A DNA stretch of 32,000 nt. Source: Nautilia profundicola AmH. Lineage in GTDB: Bacteria > Campylobacterota > Campylobacteria > Campylobacterales > Nautiliaceae. The stretch spans positions 975,408 through 1,007,407 of the forward strand of contig NC_012115.1 in the NCBI RefSeq assembly GCF_000021725.1, written 5' to 3'. Positions 17,358 to 27,080 of the stretch are shown in pieces (the stretch's first letter is position 1; each line of letters opens with the position of its first letter). The position numbers and the translations under genes are program-made. Below the pieces are notes generated by a model, which saw only the letters and a program-made list of their open reading frames with translations, had not been told where the DNA came from and did no database searches.

Positions 17358-17412
17358 AATTATATTCCACAAAAGACTAAAATACTCCTGTAACAAAATT
17401 TAAGGAGTACAA

Positions 17413-18834
17413 ATGTTCGGATTATTCGGAAAAAAAGAAGAAAACAAAACTAACGCATGTGATTTAAAATTCCTTTGTTGGCAGTGTGAAATGTCTGCAC
17501 CTGGCGGATGTGGAAGCCATGGTGAGAGCAAAGGTGTGTGTGGTAAAGACTCAACCAAATCAAGATTACAAGATTTAATGACTTACGGTCTAAGAGGTCT
17601 TAGCGCATACAGAGAACATGCAAGAGAATTAATTGACATGAACAATCCAGATGAAAGAGCGATTTTAACTGAAATTGATGATGTTATCGCTGAAACATTA
17701 TATTTTACATTAACAAACGTAAACTTCAACTTCGACGAGCATATTGCTCAGCTTATGAAAGTTGGTAACGCTGGTGTAAAAGTTATGGACTTATTAAGCG
17801 AAGCTCATACAAAAGCGCTTGGGATCCCTGCACCTGTGGAAGTTACTCAAAACAAAGCTGAAGGTAAAGGTATCCTTGTATCAGGGCACAACCTTGACAT
17901 GCTTGAAAAACTTCTAAAAAGAATTGAAGAAAGAGGACTAAGCGATAAAATTAACGTATACACTCACTCAGAAATGCTACCTGCACACGGTTACCCTCAT
18001 TTGAAAAAATTCAAAAACCTAAAAGGTAACATCGGTAAAGCATGGTTCGACCAGACTGATATTTTCAGCAAATGGAACGGAACTTGTGTGGTAAATACTA
18101 ACTGTATCGTACCGCCTGAAAAATCACCGAAAGTTAAAAACTACATCGATAGACTATACACTTACAAAATCGTAGGTATTGAAGGTGCTAAAAAAATCGA
18201 AAACGACAATTTCGATCCGCTAATCGATCAAACTTTAGAACTTCCAGACATTACAGGATTCGACAGTGATGAAAAACTTGTAACAGGACATCACTACAAA
18301 ACTGTTCTTGACGCATACGGAGCAAAAGTTCTTGATGCTATTAAAGAAGGAAAACTAAAAAGAGTATGGGTTATCGCAGGATGTGACGCACCTGGTAAAA
18401 AAAGAGATTACTTCAGAGAATTAGCTCTTGCAGTACCTAAAGATCATATCATTATCACATCAAGCTGTGGTAAATTCAGATTTAACGACGTAGATTTCGG
18501 AACAGTACCTGGAACTGACATTCCAAGATACATCGACCTTGGTCAGTGTAACGACTCAAACGGTGCAGTTCATATCGCACTTGCAGTTGCAAACGCACTT
18601 GGTGTAGAAGATGTAAATGATCTTCCGGTATCAATCGCACTTCTATGGATGGAACAAAAAGCTATTATTATTCTATTAGCATTACTAAGCCTTGGAATAA
18701 AAGATATCCTAATCGGGCCAAACGCACCTCAATTCGCTGATGAAGCAATCGTTAACTTCTTAGTTGAAAACTTCAACTTCGGTGTAATCAGCGGTGATAT
18801 CCATAAAGATTTCGGTAAAGAACTTGCTTCTTAA
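17413..18834 (+). CDS. hcp: Hybrid cluster protein / hydroxylamine reductase, short (class III-like) form
   Basis: 473 aa. N-terminal Cys motif CWQCEMSAPGGCGSHGESKGVCGK followed by LQDLMTYGLRGLS. Later motifs include GHNLDMLEKLL, TNCIVPP, CGKFRF and LGQCNDSNGA. Strong RBS TAAGGAG. Confidence 0.9.
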   Translation: MFGLFGKKEENKTNACDLKFLCWQCEMSAPGGCGSHGESKGVCGKDSTKSRLQDLMTYGLRGLSAYREHARELIDMNNPDERAILTEIDDVIAETLYFTLTNVNFNFDEHIAQLMKVGNAGVKVMDLLSEAHTKALGIPAPVEVTQNKAEGKGILVSGHNLDMLEKLLKRIEERGLSDKINVYTHSEMLPAHGYPHLKKFKNLKGNIGKAWFDQTDIFSKWNGTCVVNTNCIVPPEKSPKVKNYIDRLYTYKIVGIEGAKKIENDNFDPLIDQTLELPDITGFDSDEKLVTGHHYKTVLDAYGAKVLDAIKEGKLKRVWVIAGCDAPGKKRDYFRELALAVPKDHIIITSSCGKFRFNDVDFGTVPGTDIPRYIDLGQCNDSNGAVHIALAVANALGVEDVNDLPVSIALLWMEQKAIIILLALLSLGIKDILIGPNAPQFADEAIVNFLVENFNFGVISGDIHKDFGKELAS

Positions 18835-18851
18835 TTATTCTCCTCCTTTGT

Positions 18852-18874
18852 GGGGCCTTTGTGCCTCTTTTTTT
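18852..18874 (+). terminator. Weak intrinsic terminator candidate after hcp
   Basis: Stem GGGGC / GCCUC (5 bp including one G-U pair), 6-nt loop, followed by T7 (18868-18874). A TATAAT (18876-18881) for the next gene follows immediately. Confidence 0.3.
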
Positions 18875-18902
18875 ATATAATTTCAGATAAAAAGGTATTA
18901 AT

Positions 18903-19292
18903 ATGTTAATAGAAAAAGTGAATCCGGTTGCATTTGAGCCGATGAACGAGATACATAACCGTGAATTAGAATATGTAAACAGACTATATGAAGCAATTGA
19001 AAATGACAGCAATGTTGAAAAAGCGTACGAAGAGTTTTTAAACGATGTCAAGGAACATTTTGCTTTTGAAGAAAAACTTATGGAAAAATACAATTTTTTT
19101 GCAATAGTTCCGCATAAGATGGAACATGATAGAATCCTAAACGAGCTTGAAGAGCTTAAAAAAGATTTAAACGACAGAGAATACTTAAAAGATTATTTAA
19201 CAAAGTCTTTCGTACCATGGCTTGAAAATCATATAAACACTATAGACACTGTAACAGCCGGATTTTTTAAAATGGTAAACGCTACCATTTGA
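18903..19292 (+). CDS. Hemerythrin-like (bacteriohemerythrin) metal-binding protein
   Basis: 129 aa. The His/Glu/Asp ligand pattern is MNEIHNRE, HFAFEEKLM, HKMEHDRIL and WLENHINTID, as in bacteriohemerythrins. Confidence 0.8.
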   Translation: MLIEKVNPVAFEPMNEIHNRELEYVNRLYEAIENDSNVEKAYEEFLNDVKEHFAFEEKLMEKYNFFAIVPHKMEHDRILNELEELKKDLNDREYLKDYLTKSFVPWLENHINTIDTVTAGFFKMVNATI

Positions 19293-19917
19293 AAATTTCT
19301 TTTATTTTCTCTTTATTTTTTACAACAAGTTTACTGCCAATATTTTCTATAATTCCATATTCTTTGAATTTTTTTAATTTTCTGCTGAGTGTCTCCGGCT
19401 TTATATTCAAAAGCATAGCAATACTGTGTTGTTTAAGTTCTCCGAACATTTCATCGTTATCATAAATAAATTTAGCAATTTTTGTTTCGGTATCGAGTAT
19501 CAGGTTGTCCTGAATAATACCGTCAAGAAACTTCATTTTTTTAAGAAGGGAACTCATTATAGAAAAACAGACATCCCCGCTTTTCATAAATTTTTTGAAT
19601 TTTTCAAACTCTATTTTTAATATTACACCGTCTTCATCCATTGCGCAGTTTGCAGGATACGGCATATTTTCAAAATTGGCAAGTTCGGCTATAAGAGATA
19701 CGGGAAAGAATTTATGTATTATTAGTTCGTTTCCTTTATTATCAACTTTATATACTCTTGCACTACCACTGATTAAAAGATGTAAATAAGCAGGATTTTC
19801 CTTTTCATAAAACACTATTTCGTCTTTTTTTAAATTTTTAACAATAGTAATTTTTTCTATTTCTTTAATTTCTTCAGGACTGAGCCCCCTGAATAAAAAA
19901 AGACTACTTAATTCCAT
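19282..19917 (-). CDS. Crp/Fnr-family transcriptional regulator (no Fe-S cysteine cluster)
   Basis: 211 aa. It has an N-terminal cNMP-binding-like beta-roll (LFRGLSPEEI...) and a C-terminal HTH QHSIAMLLNIKPETLSRKLKKF with an FNR-type E--SR recognition motif. There are only two Cys residues and none is N-terminal. An extended -10 TGATAAAAT and RBS AAGAGG lie upstream on the minus strand. Confidence 0.9.
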   Translation of the reverse strand: MELSSLFLFRGLSPEEIKEIEKITIVKNLKKDEIVFYEKENPAYLHLLISGSARVYKVDNKGNELIIHKFFPVSLIAELANFENMPYPANCAMDEDGVILKIEFEKFKKFMKSGDVCFSIMSSLLKKMKFLDGIIQDNLILDTETKIAKFIYDNDEMFGELKQHSIAMLLNIKPETLSRKLKKFKEYGIIENIGSKLVVKNKEKIKEIFKW

Positions 19918-20016
19918 CTATACCTCTTTTTTTTCGTATTTTATCACATACTTCAACTTATGGTTACGATAATTTTACAAATATAATTCAAAGTTTTTAC
20001 CTAAAGTAATAAACCT

Positions 20017-21813
20017 CTATTCAATTACCTGAAATTTTTTTAATTTTTCTTCAGAAATCCCGTCAATTAAATTCATTTTTTTAAGTTTTTCAATAATTTC
20101 TGGTGTTGTATCCACATCAGGCGGCCACTCACGGTTAAATCCGTCAATTTCACTTTTGTTGGTACCATCTATTCCTATGATTTCCTCAATCCACACATCT
20201 CTTAGGGCATCAATGTTGTTTGTCACCCTCCATACCAGCATATAAGGATTATACGTTTCGGAAGTATTTATAAACACCACAACTCTTAAATGTTCTTTGA
20301 GCTCTTTCAGCTTATCGAAAATTTCCCTTGCAGGTTTTGTTTTATTAAACCTTATCACACATACAGGATTTTTGCTATCCGTCATATACTGCTTAATCTC
20401 CTCGACACTCTCATCAAGCGCTTTTATTTTCTCAAAAAGCTGCTTATCACTTAAAACTTTACACTTTACACTTTTCACTTTACATTCAGCCGTTGCGTCC
20501 ACCCCGAGCTTTCCGCCTACAAGCTCTTCAACGCTTGAGTGGTCAAGTTCGTCAACCACACCTTTGCTTATAAGCACTTTTTCAGGGTCGAGATTGTTGA
20601 GTATATATCTTGTTATATTTTCATAATCTCTGAGTTCAGGCGCGTCCTCTCCTACAAAAAAGGCGTGTTTTACAAAGCTCATCTGCCCAACACCCCACAA
20701 AGAGTGCATCACCTGCATACTGTGGCCCGGGTATCTCGGAGCTATTTTACACAAAATCAGGTTATGAAACACACCGTTTTCAGGCATTGCATAATCAATC
20801 AGATCCGGTGAAGTGGTTTTAAGAAGAGGCAAAAATATCCTCTCAGTGGCATAACCCATATATTTGTCTTCCAAAGGAGGTTTGCCGACTACCGTTGCGT
20901 AAAATACCGGGTCTTTTTTGGTTGTTATTGCTTCTACATGCATTACCGGAAAAGGTTTTTTAAGTGTATAATACCCCGTATGATCACCAAACATTCCTTC
21001 TATTTCCATTTCACTCGGATCACACCATCCCTCAATCACAATATCCGCATCAACAGGCACTTCAATATCGTTACTTATACATTTAACGAGTTTAGGGTTT
21101 TCGCGCCTTACGAACCCGTAGAGCATTACTTCAAATATCCCAGGAGGCATAGGGGCTGTAGCACACCATGTCCAAAGAGGATCCCCTCCTATTGCAACTG
21201 AAACGGGCATTTTTTTGCCTGCATTTTTATACTCCCAAAACAGATGCGCGCTGTCTTTATGTATCTGCCAGTGAAGTCCGAGGCGTTTATCATCATACAC
21301 CTGAAGTCTGTACATTCCGACGTTTCTGATGCTTCCGTCAAGGCTTTTGGTATAAACCTGCCCCATTGTGATAAACTTTCCGCCGTCAAGCTCCCATGTT
21401 TTAAGTATCGGTAAATTAGAAAGTTTTGCGGCATCCCCCTGGTAGACTCTGTACTGACACTCTGCCGATTTAACGCTTTTAGGAATTGTATTTTTAATCG
21501 CAAAGAGTTTTCCGAACGCTTTTAGTTTTTCACTAAGTGTCTTAGGAGGTTTCATTTTGATAAGGGATTCTATCTCCTCCGCTATTTCGTCAAGGTCTCT
21601 TCCGAATATCTCCCTTACCACCTCATCGTTTGCAAAAATATTCATAACAACCGGCATATCGAATTTTCTGCCGTTTTCTACGGGATTTGTAAACATCAGT
21701 ATTTTAGGATTTTCCTTTTTTGCCTCTATATAAGCCAGATGCGGTATTTCAAGATTAATATCAAGTGGTTCGTCTATTACTTTTATATGTTTTTGCAAAT
21801 CATTAAGATTCAT
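20017..21813 (-). CDS. UbiD-family (prenyl-FMN dependent) decarboxylase, probably menaquinone biosynthesis (futalosine-pathway associated)
   Basis: About 598 aa. UbiD-like motifs are RNVGMYRLQV, LHWQIHKDSA and MFGDHTGYY. The size matches the long epsilonproteobacterial UbiD homologues. The track starts at GTG 21819. ATG 21813 has AAGGG at 5-nt spacing and is preferred. Confidence 0.85.
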   Translation of the reverse strand: MNLNDLQKHIKVIDEPLDINLEIPHLAYIEAKKENPKILMFTNPVENGRKFDMPVVMNIFANDEVVREIFGRDLDEIAEEIESLIKMKPPKTLSEKLKAFGKLFAIKNTIPKSVKSAECQYRVYQGDAAKLSNLPILKTWELDGGKFITMGQVYTKSLDGSIRNVGMYRLQVYDDKRLGLHWQIHKDSAHLFWEYKNAGKKMPVSVAIGGDPLWTWCATAPMPPGIFEVMLYGFVRRENPKLVKCISNDIEVPVDADIVIEGWCDPSEMEIEGMFGDHTGYYTLKKPFPVMHVEAITTKKDPVFYATVVGKPPLEDKYMGYATERIFLPLLKTTSPDLIDYAMPENGVFHNLILCKIAPRYPGHSMQVMHSLWGVGQMSFVKHAFFVGEDAPELRDYENITRYILNNLDPEKVLISKGVVDELDHSSVEELVGGKLGVDATAECKVKSVKCKVLSDKQLFEKIKALDESVEEIKQYMTDSKNPVCVIRFNKTKPAREIFDKLKELKEHLRVVVFINTSETYNPYMLVWRVTNNIDALRDVWIEEIIGIDGTNKSEIDGFNREWPPDVDTTPEIIEKLKKMNLIDGISEEKLKKFQVIE

Positions 21814-22267
21814 CTTCACCCTTTAACAGTTTCATAATTTTTGAAAGTAAAAGCATTATTTTAAATACTTCTTTAAGCAGATACTCTTTCTCTTTCAGGT
21901 CTTTCGGAAATGAGAGCATACTTAAAATTTCAAGAGCTTTTATAATGGCGTCGCTTATTTCATCTCCGTAAACCGATACAAGCTGAAGTCTTAATTTTTC
22001 AAGATCCTTATTAATAACAAAATCTTCCGGCAAAAACGGAGCGAAGAAAAGTGCGAGTTCACGGGAAATCTTTTCATAATTGCCGTCAAAGTACTTCATA
22101 AGTTCTTCTTCGCTCAGTTCAAGAGAGTTTATTTCGTCGTAATATTTTACAAGATCCTGAAGATTGTACTCTTTTAAAAACTCTTCAAGGCTTTTTTTAT
22201 CATATGAATGAAAAAGAAAATAAAGTGCAATCTCACTGAATATGTCGTTTTTTAATTTATCAAGCAT
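21803..22267 (-). CDS. Hypothetical acidic helical protein
   Basis: 154-aa ORF embedded with overlaps in a co-directional gene array. I recognise no motif. Confidence 0.5.
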   Translation of the reverse strand: MLDKLKNDIFSEIALYFLFHSYDKKSLEEFLKEYNLQDLVKYYDEINSLELSEEELMKYFDGNYEKISRELALFFAPFLPEDFVINKDLEKLRLQLVSVYGDEISDAIIKALEILSMLSFPKDLKEKEYLLKEVFKIMLLLSKIMKLLKGEDES

Positions 22268-22724
22268 GTTCGTCCTTAAAATGTCTGTATTGAATAAGAG
22301 CTTTCATAATACCCTCTTCCATTTCGATTAGTGACGGTTTTCTGAGCTTTAGTTTGAGATTCGGCGCATACATCAGCTCTTTTACGAAATTACTCAAATC
22401 CGGTTCATGTCCTACTATTGCAATTATTCCTTCTTTATTTTTTATTGCCTGCTTTAAATCGTTAAAAGTGGCTCCGGGATATAAAAGCGGAGTTTCTTCA
22501 TACACCTCACTGTTATAAAACCCTCTTAAAATCTCCGCAGTCTGCTTTGCCCTTAGGGCTTTTGAAGTAATTATATAATCTATTTCCGGATATATTTTTT
22601 TAATATGTTTAAAAAACTTTTTCGCTCTTTTCATACCTTTATCCGTTAAAGGTCTCTCAAAATCGTGTCCCGTCCATTCATCTCTTTCCATGGCAAGAGA
22701 ATGTCTGATAAACAATATTTTCAT
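22260..22724 (-). CDS. Histidine phosphatase superfamily protein (SixA-like phosphohistidine phosphatase)
   Basis: 154 aa. RHS catalytic motif (ILFIRHSLA), RPLTDKG and IVGHEPDLS. ATGA overlap with the upstream gene. Confidence 0.75.
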   Translation of the reverse strand: MKILFIRHSLAMERDEWTGHDFERPLTDKGMKRAKKFFKHIKKIYPEIDYIITSKALRAKQTAEILRGFYNSEVYEETPLLYPGATFNDLKQAIKNKEGIIAIVGHEPDLSNFVKELMYAPNLKLKLRKPSLIEMEEGIMKALIQYRHFKDEHA

Positions 22725-23857
22725 TTTATTTTCCTTAATAAAACTCCTGTCAGATATAAAGAGTTCGGTATATTTAACACATAAGGGTGATCAATATCTT
22801 GTTTCAAAAACTCAACCACCTCAAGATAACAGTTATTAATTACACTACTGCTAAGGGAAAGATCCAGAAGATCTTTTGATGTTATGGAATGAGAACAGCT
22901 AAACAATGCCAAATAACCATCCTCTTCAAGTAACTCAAGAGCATTTACAATTAAATATTTCCATCCTTTAATGGCACCTCTTCTCGCTTTTTTGTTTTTA
23001 GCAAATGCAGGCGGGTCTATAATTATCAGATCGTACGTTTTTTTTTCTTTTTCCAAAAACTTAAAAACATCCGCTTTTATAATATCGTAATTTTCTACAC
23101 CGTTTAATTCGCAGTTTCTTTCTATCTGAGAACAGGCAAGAGCTGATATTTCAACAAATTTCGTATATTCAGCACCTGCATATATTCCAAATCCTCCCGC
23201 ATTCGCAAACAGATCGAGGGTTTTTTTGTTACCGAATTTTCCAACTATTTCTCTGTTTTTTCTCTGATCTAAAAAAAACCCTGTTTTTTGTCCCTCTTTT
23301 AAATTAGTTAAAAATTTTTTATTGTTTTCCTCAATTACAAACTCATTATCTACATTGCCGTATAAAGTATGTGAAACTACTTCAAGCCCTTCTTTTTCAC
23401 GGATTCTGTCACCTTTTTCATAAATTCCTTTCGGATTTAACAGTTCGATCAATATCTCGATTATCACACCTTTAAAATTATCCATGCCCGCCGTTGTAAA
23501 ACTAACGACCAGATTGTCCCCGTATCTGTCAACTATAAGACCGGGCAGAAAATCCGCTTCCGAATGTATAAGCCTTAGAGAGTTGGTGTTATTTAAAATT
23601 GTTCTTTTATTTATAGCTTTTTGAACTCTTTTTTTAAAAAAATCCCTGTCTACTGTAATCTTTTCAAAACTTAGAATTCTTGCGGTAATTTTACTTTTAG
23701 GATTAATAAATGCGGTAGCCACGTATTCATTTTTATAAACCAAATCCGCAATACTGCCTCCGTCACATTCAGGAACTGAAACAAGTTCGTTTTTATAAAG
23801 CCAGGGAACTCTTTTTTTTAATTTATCGTACGCTTCTTTCGTTATTTCAATTTTCAT
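22721..23857 (-). CDS. Class I SAM-dependent rRNA methyltransferase, RlmI/RlmK-like (PUA-like N-terminal domain plus methyltransferase domain)
   Basis: 378 aa. Motifs are LDLFANAGGFG (SAM motif I) and LIIIDPPAFAK (motif IV), with an N-terminal PUA-like region (WLYKNEL...). Confidence 0.8.
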   Translation of the reverse strand: MKIEITKEAYDKLKKRVPWLYKNELVSVPECDGGSIADLVYKNEYVATAFINPKSKITARILSFEKITVDRDFFKKRVQKAINKRTILNNTNSLRLIHSEADFLPGLIVDRYGDNLVVSFTTAGMDNFKGVIIEILIELLNPKGIYEKGDRIREKEGLEVVSHTLYGNVDNEFVIEENNKKFLTNLKEGQKTGFFLDQRKNREIVGKFGNKKTLDLFANAGGFGIYAGAEYTKFVEISALACSQIERNCELNGVENYDIIKADVFKFLEKEKKTYDLIIIDPPAFAKNKKARRGAIKGWKYLIVNALELLEEDGYLALFSCSHSITSKDLLDLSLSSSVINNCYLEVVEFLKQDIDHPYVLNIPNSLYLTGVLLRKIK

Positions 23858-23865
23858 TTTTTACC

Positions 23866-25804
<1,939 letters not shown>

Positions 25805-25812
<8 letters not shown>

Positions 25813-27072
25813 TATAAACTCCTATTACATAAAATATTATTACTAATGATAACAGATTTATACCATAAAAGAGCTTTTTTGAAAAAAAAGAAAACATACC
25901 GAGACTTAAAAACAGATATGCAAACCACAAAGGAAATTTTACTATTAAAAACTCGTTTCCAAAATCCAGATATTTCAGTAAAAGCTGATCAAAAACTCCT
26001 CCGATTCCCAATATATGCAAAAGAATCTCCAACGGATAAAATAACGTAAACAGTATATTAACAAAAGGCGACAAAAGTTGAAACAGGTTAAAATTACCGA
26101 AAAACGAATGTGAAACAACAAACATCATACAAAACATATAAAAACTAAGTAACAAAGAGTTAATAAAAGTCGGTTTGTAATATCTGAAAAAAAGATAAAT
26201 ATAAAAAACCCCCGTAATACTCAAAAAATAACCCAAACTAAAAACCTTAACACCAAAAACAAGAAAAGAAACAAAAAAAACAACTGCTAAAACTTTTAAT
26301 GAAAAAGGGTTTTGCAGATTATAAGCATATAAAAACACAACGATTTCCAACACATAAGCCCTTATTAAAGAAGGTGGGAACCCTGTTACATATAAATAAC
26401 AAAACTCTATTATGAAAATTATGACCGCCAAATCCACAAATCTGTTTCTGTAAGGAAATCTCTTTTGGAAAAATTTATAAAACGGAGTTAAAAACAGATA
26501 TAAAAAAAGAGAAATAAACCCCAAATGTAAACACCGCTTAAGGCAATTAAGTGCGATACTCCGAGCGTACTTAACTGCTGTCTTGTGTTATAGTCTATAC
26601 TTTCCCCTAAAAAAAGAGCTTTAAATATATTTTGCATTTTTTTATCCGCATGCTGTTTTTCAATATATTCGTCTATTTTAGAAACAGGCACCAGTCTTAT
26701 ATTAAAACCCGGAGCGTAAAACGTAAAAAGATAATCCAAAAACGCAATTTTTGATGTTACTACGGTAAGTTTTATATTTTCGTTTAAAAGAAACTTCAGA
26801 TTTTCTTTAGATGTTGTATAAAAAGTCAAATCTTTCGTTTTTAGTTTTAAGACGTGATAATCTCCTCTTTTGCCGTGTTTTATATATTGATTGACAACTT
26901 TAGCATTCAACGTATTAAATTTATCGTATCTAAAATCAAGATAATTAAAAAAAGAAATCTGAACTCTTGCAAGAAGTAAAAGAAGAAAAATAAATATTAT
27001 AAACTTATTAGCAGCTAAACAGTTTTTACACCTGTAATAAACTTCATATAATTTAAGTTTGCCGTTTTCCAT
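25805..27072 (-). pseudogene. comEC: ComEC/Rec2-family DNA uptake channel (short ComE3-like form without beta-lactamase domain), interrupted by a frameshift
   Basis: Two overlapping ORFs in different frames: 26488-27072 (194 aa, ending LGVSHLIALSGVYIWGLFLFFYICF*) and 25805-26524 (239 aa, containing PPSLIRAYVLE). Together they make about 425 aa of one competence-domain protein. Adding one base in A7 (26502-26508) or C4 (26519-26522) joins the frames. It lies directly downstream of dnaB, as in Helicobacter. Confidence 0.75.
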
Positions 27073-27080
27073 TTTATTTT

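Noticed and set aside
26488-26524. Treating the comEC frame change as a confidently programmed ribosomal frameshift
   Set aside because: The zero-frame context CUC UUU UUU UAU does not form a canonical X XXY YYZ slippery heptamer, and no downstream stimulatory structure is evident. It is kept only as a minor alternative within the frameshift finding.
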